NCBI GenBank assembly: GCA_028534125.1
Contig: CM052816.1
Coordinates: 38,690,001-38,754,000, forward strand
DNA length: 64,000 nucleotides
Source: Lama glama
Lineage: Eukaryota
Reading direction: 5' to 3'
Shown: positions 40,341-54,339 of the stretch, piece by piece
Numbering within the stretch: the first letter of the stretch is position 1
Layout: each line of letters starts with the position of its first letter
The notes under the pieces: model-generated
Told to the model about the DNA's origin: nothing
What the model saw: only the letters and a program-made list of their open reading frames with translations
Database searches by the model: none
Translations under genes and position numbers: made by a program

Positions 40341-41714
40341 ATCAGATTGAAGTATATTTTTTACAAGAGCATTAATTATGTGACAAAAGAGAGGAAAAGG
40401 AGTACAAAAAAAGTGAAAGCAATAAGAGGAATTAAGTGATTTCCTTTTGAGAAAAATATGTCTAATAAATAAAGGAAGAAATAAGCATACATGTACAAAG
40501 ATAAAAGCAAATGTGGCAAAAATTGGTGAATCCAGTTGAAGGATATATAGAAAATCACTTTTCTACTTTTCTTAGATTTACAAAGAAACCTAAATTTCTA
40601 ATAAATGGACATTCTAAATTTTGCTTTTCTGAATAAAAAGTTGGAGAAGAAAATACAATACATTGATATTTTTAATCTGTTTTACCAGTGCAGTTAAACT
40701 TCAATGAATTTAACAGAACACTCAACTTACAGTAGACAAACTTAATATGGATTTTAAAGTCTGAGAAAAGCGGAAATACTTTTTAAAAATAATACTGAGG
40801 CTTTTTGGTTTTTTTCCCTCATTCTAGAGTAAGATGATGTACAGCAACCTTGGTCCTGTGGGAGACGGCTAGCCGTGCAGCTACAGCAGTGACCTAACAC
40901 TGCCTCTTGGGTAAAACAGGAACAAAGTGTGTAAAAGAACATGAGTATATCCGATACTTTTTTCTTTTACAATTTATCAGCTTCAAAACTGTCCTGTTAG
41001 TTGATTTTAAAGCTTCATCACTGTGCTTCCATTTTCCTTTTCTATCAAAAATTTAAAAACCAAAATGAGAATTTCTTTAAAACATAGGCGTGAAGATTTT
41101 ATTATCAAAAATAAGGAAAATTCATTTTAAAGCTGCTTATTTTTTTTACTAAGAAATCTAACATTTGAATAATAGGCAGCTTTGGGGTCGTCTGTTGGAC
41201 TCTCTCTCTGCGGATTTCCCCATCCACTTCCCTCATCCACAGAGATTTAAAATCCTTAGCCCTAGACAGGCATAGCCCACAGGACAGTGTTTCTTTCTTC
41301 TGGAAGTTAAGAACTGAGATTCAGAAAGATAGTTCAGTCTGTGATGTTCTCTGAAGTGGCAACATGTAAATTTAACAGCTATGGGGCTGCCACTGAGCAC
41401 AAAATGATTCTGTTTCTTGAAGCCAAAAGCCTTGAGTTCAACAAGTTGTTGGCACAGAAAATTCACAGACATTTTTGTTTGTTTGTTTGAAAGTTGCTTT
41501 AACAGTAGATCTTATCAAAGACATTTCTGTTATAACAACTACAACAAAAAAAATTAGAACACAGCCAAAAATTCTAAAAACCGAAAGATGTAGATAATTG
41601 CCCACGAAATACAAATTTAAAGATAAGCACCCACTATAGAAAACTGCAATATTTATCTTGAGCAAAGTCCATACTGAGGAACTACAATGGTTCCTATTGT
41701 ATTATTTATTCAAA

Positions 41715-42075
41715 ATATTCACTCTTCTTTGTAAGTTCCCTCTCTAGTGACTCTATCTATGTAAGAAATGTAATTCCTGCCATCACAGTTTCAAGCCTGG
41801 CCATGTGACTTGCTTTGGCCAATGCAAAGTAAGCCCAAGGAACCTGTGCCATTGCTAAGCAGAAACTTTAATGCCATCTTGCAGTTCCACCAAGCTTTTT
41901 TTTCCTCTCTAATCACAGAGGAAAAAACAATGTGAGGCTGTATTACAATAATGTAAGGACGTGTTTGTTACATGTCAACCTGCAACAGACATATAACATG
42001 AAGAAGAAATAAACCTATTTTAAGTCACTGAAGTTTAGGAGTTGATTGGTACCACAGTATAACCCGGAAAAGCTG
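41715..42075 (+). mobile_element. Old MaLR LTR (MLT1I/J-like)
   Basis: gcctggccatgtgacttgctttggccaatg...aagaaataaacct...taagtcactgaagtttaggagttg. Confidence 0.65.
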
Positions 42076-43184
42076 CTGGTGTACGTCTCAAACAGATTTT
42101 CATTATAAATAAAGGCAATGAGTAAGAAAGTAAATGTTTAATTCTGAAGTTCATTTAAATATTGCTAAAAGCTTGTATTTGAAATAAGTCGTTTTAGATT
42201 TTAAGTTTTCACAGTGTTGATGATTTTTAAGGCCCTTTATGCAAAATACCTATCAAAGAAAATATTTACTTCATTCATGTTTCTAAAAATTGTCAACAGA
42301 TTTATCAAAAAGATACATATCTTCTTAAAATATATTTCAGAAATATTCTAATCTTAGTATACATACTTAACTAAAAACTAAATATCATAAGACTTTTCAA
42401 AACAGTAATATCACTTGAGAAAAACTCATTAACAAATTTTATATTCTTCTTCTATAATTATGAAAACTTGATTCCAAGGATTCTGATTCTTCCAAACAGT
42501 ACAAACCAAAAACAATTATTAACACCACTCTTATTTTCTTCATCATTCTATAACACCAATGGCCTTGAGTCTTATATGATCCGAATATTAATTCTGCTTT
42601 AAGTATCTTTTTCTGAAAAAAATGCACCTTATTTAATAAAGTTGTGATAACTGGAAATAGTTAATAAGTATAACGTTGTAAATGAAGCTAATTCTATACA
42701 TTCTGTCACTAAGATGAGCTGTGTGACCTTAGGGAAGTCAGTCAACCTCTGTAAGCCAGTAGAAAGGCTTAGAAAAATGAGGAGAGCAATCTCTGCCAAC
42801 TGCATAGAGTAGGAACCAAATTATTCTATAACTCCTTGATTAACCTAAAGGAAAGGCCACATGATCACAATAAAAGAAGCAGAATAGATAGTTACATACA
42901 GTGTCCATAAGCCTTAGCATGAAGATTAAGTTGTTGAAGAATCAAGTAGTGTTGGAGACTCCTTCTACTTCTCCACTAACTCCACCATTTAATAATAAAC
43001 TGTATGAGAGAATTTTCTCGTACAATTCACATTTTAATTCTAGGTTTAATTAATTTGATAAACACTCTCCATTTCAAGAACAGAAATACTTTAATGTCCT
43101 TAACAAAAAAAAAAAAGAGATAAAGAAATAACCCCAATGTGTTTTAAATTACATATGCCAGTATTTCTTAAGCTTTTCACTTTT

Positions 43185-43315
43185 ATGAGGAAGTTACTAT
43201 TAATCAATCCATTATTCAGATATGATAACTGAGACACAGATTAAATAGCCCAAAGTCTCAGCTAATAAGCAACAGAGTAAGATTTTGAACTCAAGCAGGC
43301 AGTATTATCTTCCAC
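43185..43315 (-). mobile_element. MIR (reverse)
   Basis: ccattattcagatatgataactgagacacag...gcccaaagtctcagctaataag...gattttgaactcaagcag. Confidence 0.65.
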
Positions 43316-46300
43316 TTCAACCAAATATTATCTTACCTATACAAGTGAAGCAAAAAGAATTTAGGAAAGAAATGAAATGTATTAGTGGCAAGAAAATAAT
43401 AAACTATTATTTCATTAGTACACATCAAGAATGTCTTTTAAATAATCCCATTCACTTGAATTATTGAAGTTTCATACTGGGAGAAATCATGTGATCCAAC
43501 AATTAATATAACTGTTGTTCACCTAAATCCATTACTTCCATTGCTACAATTTCTTTCTTTCATTGTTATTGATGAACCAACTTTGAAAAAAACATTTTTA
43601 TTTCATTAATGGGGCTCAGAAATTTTAATTTGTGAACTAGACTGCGTCTTTAGCATCTTTAGGTAAAGATGGAAAAGCTAAGACCAAGACCAAAATGTAT
43701 AGTAGCTATAAATACTAAAAATAACATCTATTACATCTAGAACAGATCTTTGATACAGCACAGTCTTCCACAAGAATACACCCCAAATTGTATATATAGC
43801 AATACATATTGCATCTTTTTAAGAATGAATATGTAAAGATGACAAAAGTAAAAGGTCCCATGGAATGACCTGTGTAAATGTGTAACAACTCTGCAAACAC
43901 CAGTGAAAGCAACACACCTTACATTGAGATTTGAATGCTAATGACAATTTCTTGCAAGCTATTATTTGTATACAGAAGAAATACAATTTAAACAGAAAAA
44001 TTTGAACTTGTGATTTGAGAAATCACTCACTAGCTGGAAAAATTTTTTTTTCCAAATTTAGATTATATTCAAAACCTTCAAGAAAGAGTCACAAGATTCA
44101 GTTTAACCTAAATGACTTATATTTGACATATTCAAATAACTCAGAGCTTTTAAATGTAAAGGAATAAAAAAGAAAATACCCTATCCCCAGTATCAGAGAA
44201 AGGTGACAAAAATCCATTACTTTCAGGAGAAAAGAGTCAACCATTTCCAAGGAGACTATTTGACTCTTTAGAAGAACTAATTTGCCTAAAATGAGCCAGG
44301 ATTTTTATGACTCGTCCTTTATGAAAAAGTAGATCTTATGCATTTTACTCTAATTTTTCAAGTGAGAAAATTCAGACAGATTAAATATAAAAGAAAAGCA
44401 AATATATTTTTACATTTAAATTTTCTCAAAGACAATTTATCAACAGAATCAACAGGAATCTGGTTTTATCAATGTGTTAGAAAAATGATTACTCAAAATA
44501 ACTTTCTTTAGTACTGTACACTTCATAAAACAAACAACGACTGGAAAATTATTACATTTTAGCTTTTAAGAAGGCTGGTCAGGACCATAAACCTTTTTTT
44601 TTCCCAGAATACATCTGTTGCTTTTCTAACAGTTATCAATAAGCCCAAGAGGGCATCTACATACATTTCCAAGTTTCAATAATAGTCAAAGTATTAAATA
44701 ACTAATCCAGTATAATGCACTGGTCCAAAATAGAGTCTTTGGCCAATATACCTCTTCAAAGAGATACTGTAATTGCTTCACTCTACTTCAATGAACCATC
44801 TATAATGAAAGTTGCTTTTTGGGCTTAACCTAGAGCTGTGCCCTGTGGGAAATGATGGGTCTTTGTAAAATGTGTTACAGTTTACTAATAAGGATTCAGA
44901 AGAAGCACAACTGATGAACCAGCAAATCTGCTCTGACTTATTTAGTCTTTGCTGAATGAATTTGAATATCATCAAAATACATTATCCTTATCCATAACCT
45001 GCTTTCTATGATTCTCTCTATCCCCGTACTCATTTCAAAAGGAACTTTGAGCACTTCAGTATCTTACATACCTGTGCTAGTTCCATGGTATTACATAAAA
45101 CAGAATCTTTTTTTTTTGAAAAGGACAAAAACAAAGATTTCAATAGAAAAAAGTTACCAGGTGACTATTTAGGACCTGAAGAAAAACAGAGAGCATTTAC
45201 ATAGCAATATTTATATTTGATACTGATACATAATAAACAGAATTTCTCTCCCAAAACAATGCAAAATACCTTCCCTAAATATTTACCAACTGACCATCAA
45301 GAAACAATAGAAGTAGATTAAAATTCTCCTTTTACCAGTAACAGACTGTTTTATCTTGAACACATCCGTTAATTCATCCCTCCCTCCCTCCCTCTCTCCT
45401 GCTCTCTCTCTCTTTTTTCCTTTCTTCTTTCCTGGTTCATTCATGAGTTCATGTAACTTCTACTGAGGGCATAACACATGCCAGGCATTATGGTTGCCTC
45501 TAATGATGCACTATGAAGTAGCTGCTCCCCAAAGGAGCTCCTAATATTCTGAATGTTAGAAAAAAAGAAATATCTATACTGTAAAATACAATGAAAAAGA
45601 TGTATTTAGAGTGCTCTGGAAGCAGACAAGGGGATACAATTTGCTTGCCATGAGATGGTGACAAATGAACTTAGTTTTGAAAATACAGTTAAGAATTACT
45701 CAAGAAAAGGCTGTGTGAGCAAGGAGGTAAAGTGAGGCAGGTATTTCTAACAGAAGAAATAGAAGGATCTGACATGCCATAGTCTCTGTAATTATTTACT
45801 TATGGGTCTAGGGTAGGTAGAAAATAGGGGAGTAGGGGAATTCTCCAAAGTTGGGAACAAAAGACAAACATAAGAATACAGGAAGAAAAAATGAGAACTT
45901 CTTTTACAATTATTCGTACCACCTCCATTTTTCAAAATTCTGTTTTTCTACATATTATATACTGTATACAATATTTTAGAATTGTAAACCTTGCACATGT
46001 GCATAATTTGTAAATAAATATATACTAGATATAAGTCCTTGAAAAAATGTAATTAATGATACCACAATTAAATAAAAAGAAACAACCTCATATTCTATAT
46101 TGTCCTAAAGGTGATGCACAGTAATAAACTACTTTAAGCAAATAAAGAACAACCAGACTTTAAAAGACCACTCCTTCAGCTGTATTCTAGGAGGTAAATT
46201 AGAAGAAGAGATCTGAGACAACAAAAGCAGTTGTGAAGCCTCTGTAGCAATCCCAGTGAGATCTTAAACAATGATGGCAGCACAGCGGGAATGCCAAGGA

Positions 46301-49300
46301 GGAGGCAGAGGCTGCTTATAAGAAAAAAAGGAAAAACTGTAAGTTGGATTGACTTACATCATCCACTACATTTTGGTGCTACACAATTCTACAAAGATAA
46401 TTTATACATTCTTCCAAAAGCAGGCTTACAAATCAAGTTATAATGTACTGTTATCCTATTTGAGGTCATCAAAACTCAGAGTTGAGATTATATTCTGCTT
46501 TCACAACTAGGACCAACATCTGAAAAGCAACATAGTCACTGTCCTAGCTATACCACTCCAGTTTTTTTCACATAAGCTAAATTAAATCCTTGATCACAAA
46601 AGATGGGAGAGAGGGAAGGAAGGAGGGGGAAGGCAAAGGTGAGGGTGAAAGATACCAGCTGACATAAAGCTAAGATGCGAAGATCAGTATCTGATTATCG
46701 CATGCTATCCTATTGGTGATGGAACAAAGCTAGCATTGTGTTTCTGTTTTCTCTCTCAGCTTTACCAGATTTCATAGGCCAGGGGCTTTTAAATAAATCT
46801 GTATCCAAATATATCACAGATTTCATTTGCTAAGAAAACCAGAAGCCAAACAAAAGAAAATGAATGATAAGATAAAACTCAGGTAAATTAAGCTTTATCC
46901 ACTGGAGTTTGAAGATGGATTTAACAAAGTTAGCTACATTTTGTGTAACTGATCTTCATTAAGTACTATTCTTCATCAACATTTTAACAACTCCTTATCT
47001 ACTTTTGAATGAATGAATTAATGGTCAAATTTTATTTTACATCAAAGTGCCTGGTCCTACCTAAGAGGTATCACACGATGGTTCTGTTACTAGTAAAGTT
47101 CCCAATGATTTAAACTGGAAATGTTTTCACCCATGCCAGATAATTTTTTAACTGGGACAAAATGGAATATTACGAGATATCCCTAGTGGCATTTTGTAAT
47201 AGTTCTGGATCCTGGCTTTCTATGTATTTCACATAGCCTTCAGTGACGTAGCTTCTCTCTTAAATTACTCTAGCTTTCCCACAATTCTATCAGTCATATT
47301 TGTATAGGAACTGGCTAGACAGTATAGTGGCAATAAGTGAATTCGCAAGTATTTTTCACAAGAACTTAACATATATAAAGTATTTTTAACATTAATCATT
47401 AATGTTAAAAATCACCAATATAATGTTGAAAATCAGCTTTCTATCCTAAATTTGTATAAAAAACCTTTTTGAAATAAAAAGTCTGGAAATTTACTGGATT
47501 AAGATTGACAGTTCAGTTCAGAGAATAAGAACAAAATGACATCCCACAGAGTCAAAAAGTGTTTATTAATCATTTTAAATTTCATTCCTCCTCTTAATAT
47601 ATTCTGAGAATATTGAAGCAATCAGCACTATATTATTGTTGTAATGATAGCTTAGGAGGCAATAGAAATCCTCCTTGGGAGATTGAAATCAGACAATCTG
47701 GGGACAGATGACAGAGCACTGCTGGGGCACTTTGTTTAGAAATAACAGGTAAGGTGCCCTCTAATCATAAAGTCATCCCAGTTTTTCATTCCAGAATTCC
47801 AGATTTACTTCTGAACTAACTCTATACGGGGCTAAAAACAGAATATATTCACCTCCAGCAGTGAATTAACTGACATGTGAGCACATAACATGTGGCTTTA
47901 AATATAGCACTAAATTACCCATCTTCCATAGAGATAGAATGGACTCTGATTCATAGAGCAGGTAACAAACCTAAGGCTCTCAATCATGGCTGGAGGGATT
48001 TACGTGCACTGCAGACATTCACTCTCTTTAGAAGGTCATCACTTCACAGTCTGGGAAATAATCCCTGCCAGCCGATTTGCAAAGTGCCTGAGGCATCGCT
48101 CCTGAGAGGCATAACTCCTCTTCTTTCAAGGCTAGAGGTCAGAGCCATGATCACAGCTCAGTCAAATTTAAAGGAAAAAGTATCTGGGGTCAAAAATACC
48201 CTAAGGAAAAACAGAAGACTAAAACTAAAAAAATAGAGAGAAAGAGAGACAGCGTGAGCTCCTCTGGGCTTTAGCACGGTGATGGAAAGACCTGTTGAAG
48301 AATATTAAATTTAGATTCTTTTTCATTTGATAGCTTCAAAATAACTAAAACCGGATACGGAACCTGACGAATGTCATGACGCAATCAGTTTTGAAGACAT
48401 TTTTAAATGCTACAAATCCATTTAAAATCTCATCAGCTTAGACAGTCTAAAAAAGCAAAATAAAATCAAGTTTAAGTGACTTAAACATGAAATGTGAGCT
48501 GCAGCTCAATGATTAAATTACTGCATCAATTAACTTGAGTACACAGAAAGAAGGCTGCTCTTTCAAGCAATATTAATTCTGCCTCTGATCAGGCAAAACT
48601 CCTCCTCACATCATGGTTGTTGCTTCATAAAACACAACTCACATAGCAAAAAGGGAGAGAGACTTTGTAAATAAGAACAAACTGCTGTTTGAGAATTTTT
48701 TATAAAATACATAAACTAAATTGATGTTTTTCTGAAAAATACAGTCATTTCTGTATACTTTTAAGAGTGAAAAACTCTGCAAATTGTTTTTGAAAATCGT
48801 AAGACAGATGAAATTACCATTAAGCTCAACAAGAGTGACTTGGGTCCCATAAAAATCATAAATGAGTGCATTTAAAGATTAAAGGCATTTCTGGAGGTAC
48901 ACACTGCACAGGGTAAAGTGCTTTATTTTGGTCATCTCTGCCAACTTCTATTACATGCTGTCATTTTCAGTAAGAAGAAACGTATTTGCAAAAGCAGAGT
49001 GAGTACAACAGGCCTTAAATCAGACGACTGGGGACCGCTGACAGAGTGCTGTCTGCGCTCTGCCTGCCGAGGCCTTTGAGTATCAGGATTTTACGGTGTG
49101 TTTTTCTGACATGTCTGACACTTAGTGGACTCTAATACCTCTTTAAAATCTGGACTACTAACAGACGGTTATCTGTAAGTTTGCAACTGCTCGTTTAAGG
49201 GTCCAGGTTCTACCCAGGCAAGGAGGAAAGGAAGAATCCCTGACAAACGGATTGTGCATTTTCATTGTCCCCAGCCCTTCAAAACTCAGTTCACAGCTCA

Positions 49301-49319
49301 CCTCCTGTTTTCTGTATTA

Positions 49320-49710
49320 CTCAGAATAGGCTTGTTATGGTAAGGTAGCAACTTAACTCTGAAATCTCAGGGGCTCACACCACAAAGATTTATTTCTTGC
49401 TTATACCAAGTCCACAGCAAGTCTGGCAGCTCTCCATGGGGCCCTCTCCCTAGGGTGAACGCCAGTGCTATAGCCCTGTGACTTGATCATCTTAATGTGC
49501 CATACCCAGACTGCCATAACAGGGTAATAAAGATCAGGAGGGCAATGTACTGTCTTGTAAGGGGCACCACTTCTATCCACAGTGCATTGGCTGGAACTAA
49601 TCATAAGGCCATGTCTAGCTGTAAGGAGCCTGGGCCATATCCTCTTCCCAGACTGTCTGGAAGGAGAGAAGAATAAGACTTGGGTAAGGTCTTATTTAGG
49701 TCTCCATTGT
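49320..49710 (-). mobile_element. Old MaLR LTR (MLT1K/L-like)
   Basis: tcagaataggcttgttatg...aaatctcaggggct...atttatttcttgct...cattggctggaactaatcataaggcc. Confidence 0.55.
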
Positions 49711-50911
49711 AGCTTTTCTAACCCAGCCCTGTACATGTATATTAGGTGCCCATAATGTGCTCTCCAATTTGTCTTCACCCTATCATAGAACACATGACAG
49801 TTTATCATGTGTTTTACTTCATTAGGCAATGAACTCCTTGAAGGGAACAATCAGGTATTATTTTCCTGACTAAATTCCATAAACACACAAGTGAACATAA
49901 CCATAGAAACTCAGATGTATGCCAGTTTAATATTATTTGAGAAGTTCTAATTACCAAGGTATGGTAGCAACATCAAAAATATATTTGACTTAACGTGAAA
50001 GCAACCATTTATACAACATCAAGAAGTATTAACTGAAAGTTTCTTACCTGCCAATCAAAATTCCAGGTCTTAGGAAAACAGTAATAAATGAGATAAATGA
50101 GGACCTTTTCATGTAGTAGTTTACATTCTAACAGAAACAAACAATAAATACACAAGAGAAACCAAGGATAGCAAAAACAAGAATACCAGAAAAAATTAGA
50201 AAATAAAGGTAGGAGAGCTACTGTAAACTGAGTGATCAGGGCAGCCCTCTACCAAGGTTACATCTGAGCAACCCATGAATGGCAAGAAGGAGCCTACAAT
50301 TAGAAAAATCTAAGAAAGGAGTATTTTTAAAAGAGGAAACAGCTAGCCTCAAGTCCAGAGCAAATTTGGTATATTCAAGGATATAGAATTTCTGTATAAT
50401 GTATGTAAATTAGATTCCTATCTGTAGTTATACGTGATATTATTTTATATCAAGGACCTTATGGAGAGCTCAAGATGCCCTCACTTTTACTGGATTCACC
50501 TCTAAATTGTGCAGAGTTAAAAGACAGTTCCCAGCGTATCTCATCATTTTCAACCACCGACTTTTATTAAGTGCCTTACATGTGAAAGAAAAGCATTTAT
50601 TACTGCAGAAAATCTTTTTAAAAACTCAGACTCTCTTCACTTAAAAAATTATAATTTATTAGAGAAACTAGGCAAAAATATATAAAGTATTAATACAAAA
50701 GTTTAAAAGCAATGTGTGGCAAGACTAAGACAGATCTCCAGGCAATATAAGATTAGTCACCAAGTAAAATTGTGAATGTAAAAGTTTATTTATATGTTGT
50801 CCATAAAATAAACTTTATATCTAGTTGAAAAGAAAATGACAGGACAGATTTTCACTAAATTTGCAGGATACGATCGGCATATTCCTGTCTTAAGAAATAG
50901 TCTAGGTCTTC

Positions 50912-53072
50912 AAATATTTTCAAATGTTTGTAGTGATAATAGCTGAAAACTTCCCTAATGTGAGAAAGGAAACAGTCACCCAAGTGTAGGAAGCACAGAG
51001 AGCCTCATACAGGATGAAACCTAAGAGGAACACAGCAAGACACACTGTAATTAAAATGACAAAAATTAAAGATAAGAGATAAAATTAAAAGCAACACGGG
51101 AAAAGCAGCAAATAACATACAAAGGGACTTCCATAAGAATATCAGCTTGTTGCTCAGCAGAAACTCTACAGGCCAGAAAGCAGTGGCACGATATATTTAA
51201 AGTGATGAAAGGGAACATACTACAACCAAGACTACTCCACACACTAAGGCGCTTTTTCAGATTTGATGGATTAATCAAAAGCTTTACAGATAAGCAAAAG
51301 CTAAAAGAATTCAACACCACCAAACCAGCTTTACAACAAATGATAAGGGAACTTCTCTAGGCAGAGGAGAAAAGGCCACAACTACAAACAAGAAAATTAC
51401 AAAGTGGAAAAGCTTACTGGTAAAGGCAAACACATAGTAACAGTAGGAAATTATTCACACACAAACTAGAAAGGTTAGAAAGGTTAAAAGACAAAGGTAG
51501 TAAAGTCATCTGTATCCACAATAAGCAGTTAAGGGCTACCCAAAACAATTAAACGTAAAATATGATATAAAAAACAGTAATCACGGGGGGAGTAACCTAC
51601 AAATGCAGGGTATTTGAAATTAAGAGATCAGCAACTTAAAGCAATCATGTAGATACAAAAAGAAGAAAATCACGAGAAGAGAACAAGAGAGAAAAAGAAA
51701 AAAAAAAAAAGATCTACAAAACCAAATCCAAAACAATTAACAAAACAGCAAGGAGAACATACATATCAATCATTACCTTAAATGTAAATGGATTAAATGC
51801 TCCAACCAAAGGACACAGACTGGCTGAATGGATACAAAAACAGAACCCTAATGTACGCTGCCTACAAGAGACTCACTTCAGATCTGGAGACACATACAGA
51901 TGGAAAGAGAGAGGACGTAAAGAAGTATTCCATGCAAATGGAAATCAAAAGGAAGCTGGAGTAGCAATACTTCCATCAGATAAAATGTCTTTAAAATTAA
52001 GACTGCTTAAAGAGACCAAAAAGGACACTACGTAATGAACAAGGGATCAATCCAAGGAAAAGATATAACAATTTTAAGTATATGTGCACTCAGCATAATT
52101 AAACATACAAGCTTTTGCACAGCAAAGGAAACCATAAACAAAACAAAAAGACAATCTATGGAATGGGAGACAATATTTGCAAAAGATGAGACTGTCAAGG
52201 CTTAATTTCCAGAACATATAAACAGATCATACAACTTAATCAGATAAAAAAAAAAAAACCTAATCCAAAAGCAGGCAGAAGACCTAAACAGGCAATTCTC
52301 CAATGAAGACATATAAATGGGCAACAGGCACATGAAAAAAAATGCTCAATATCGCTAAATATCAGAGAAATGCAAATCAAAAGTACAATGAGGTATCACC
52401 TCACACCAGTCAAAATGGCCATCACTCAAAAGTCCACAAATGATAAATGCTGGAGAGTGTGGAGAAAAGGGAACCCTCCTACCTGTTGGTGGGAATGTAG
52501 TTTGGTGTAGCCATTATTGAAAACAGTATGCAGATTCCTCAAAAGATTAAAAGTAGACTTATCATATGATCCAGCAATCCCACTCCTAGGCATATATCTG
52601 GGGGAAACCCTAAATCAAAAAGATACATGCACCCCAATGTTCATAGCAGCACTGTTTACAATAGCCAAGACATGGAAGCATTCACAGATGAATGGATAAA
52701 GAAAATGTGGCATGTGTGTATGTGTGTGTGTATATTATCATTATATACATATATGTATATATATTATTTTAAGTGAAGTCAGACAAAGACAGATATCATG
52801 ATATCACTTATATGTGGAATCTAAAAATAATGAAAGAAATGAACTTATTTACAAACCGTAAATAGACCCACAGACATAGAAAACAAACTATGGTTACCAA
52901 AGGGCAAAGGGGTGGAGGGGAGGGGTAAATTAGGAGTTTGGGGTTAAGATATATACTATATCTTAGTATTAAGATATATACTATATACTATTAAGCTATA
53001 CATAAAGCAGATAAACAACAAGGACCTACCATATAGCACAGGGAACCATATTCAACAGCCTGTTTAAAAAAA
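50912..53072 (+). mobile_element. L1 relic: ORF1 3' half, long inter-ORF spacer and ORF2 endonuclease start, joined directly to ORF2 C-terminus and 3' UTR
   Basis: ORF1-like gctgaaaacttccctaat...aacttctctag (ends 51360); EN motif atcattaccttaaatgtaaatggatta (ITLNVNGL) near 51770; ORF-track 52517-52699 ([11 protein letters not shown]...[16 protein letters not shown]); 3' UTR tatagcacagggaac. Confidence 0.9.
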
Positions 53073-53449
53073 CTACCTATGTATCCAAAAAAAGGTAGAG
53101 AGTAATTCTCCAGACCAACTAAAACTGAAAAGCATTCATGAGGTCTTAGAGGTCTGCTAATAGTAAGGAATACACCATTTTCTTAAGTGATGCTATGGAT
53201 AACCAGACAAAAAGCAGTGGTTTCAAATTACAACTCCAAATTATTTGACTCAAAGGCAATCAATCCAAATTCCATGCACTGATTTTCATTAACACTGATT
53301 CTAATATACATGAGAAAAAGTAGTATGATCCATAATGAGTGGTGATAGTGATTTATTTATTTAGTGATGGTTAAAGATTCTCTCAAGTTATGCAGAGGAA
53401 ACTAACTACTATATAACAGAGGTTATAAATTGAAAGGAGGAAAAATCCT

Positions 53450-53860
53450 TGTCTTAGTTTTGCCCAGAAGCAAATCCTGAGACAAGGATTCACATGCAAT
53501 TGGTTATCTGAGAAGCAACAATGGTAGGGGAAGAAGGAAGTGAGAAAGGGAAAGGAAGGCAGGCAATAAAGGGTTGGTCATTAATCAAGTGTCCACTGTA
53601 GATAAAAAGAACCTAATCCCACTGGGGGAATCTGGCAGCCAGTCTAGAACAGAGTAGTCAGTGCAGTGAAAGAGTGAGAAAGGCTGAAGTACTTATATGC
53701 TTGCTCATCTCAGTCATTATCTGAGGGCTGCTCCCAGGCAGTATTAATTATCTGGCACTGCTGATCTGCTGAGCAGCAGGACAAAGTGGGCTCTGATGAC
53801 AAGAAAAAGCCCTCAGGCAAAGAAATACAGTTGTTAGCAAGGGCCAGCATACACTGAAGT
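53450..53860 (-). mobile_element. ERVL LTR (LTR16/LTR33-like)
   Basis: tgtcttagttttgcccagaagcaaatcctgagacaaggattcacatgcaa...ggaagtgagaaagggaaaggaaggcaggcaataaagggt. Confidence 0.55.
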
Positions 53861-54339
53861 GTCAAGAGCAAGGTGATGCTGGTGGTAAACTGATAATCAT
53901 ATGCACAGGAACGATCTAGAAGAACCAAGAGAAGATGGATTTGAGCTAGGCTTTGAGAAATGGATTGGATTTGGTTAAGAAAAATATTTAAGCTAAGAAA
54001 AGTGCTATGAGCAAAAGTACTGAGGTAATAAGAAGGCCAGTTATAAGCCAGTTTGGCAGGATCAGAGAGACAGTTTGTATAGAATATTGTTGGGAAATTA
54101 TGGCTAAAAATATACGCTGGGTCCATAAAAAGGAAGGTATCAAATGCTAGGCTAAAAAATTTTAATTTTCTCTACTAGCTACTGAGTAACCTTTACATTT
54201 CTAAATGGGAAATTACTAAAATGAAAACATTATGGCATTAATATCTAATTTGGTACCATTATTGTCCTAGGAACATAAACTCCTATTAGATACGATCTGG
54301 ATCTGTTCAACTTCCCTTAAAGAGGATTACATGCAGAGA

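Noticed and set aside
40865..40876. 12-bp palindrome ACGGCTAGCCGT (also 14-bp TGAGCTGCAGCTCA at 48495-48508)
   Set aside because: Several palindromes of this length are expected by chance in 64 kb.
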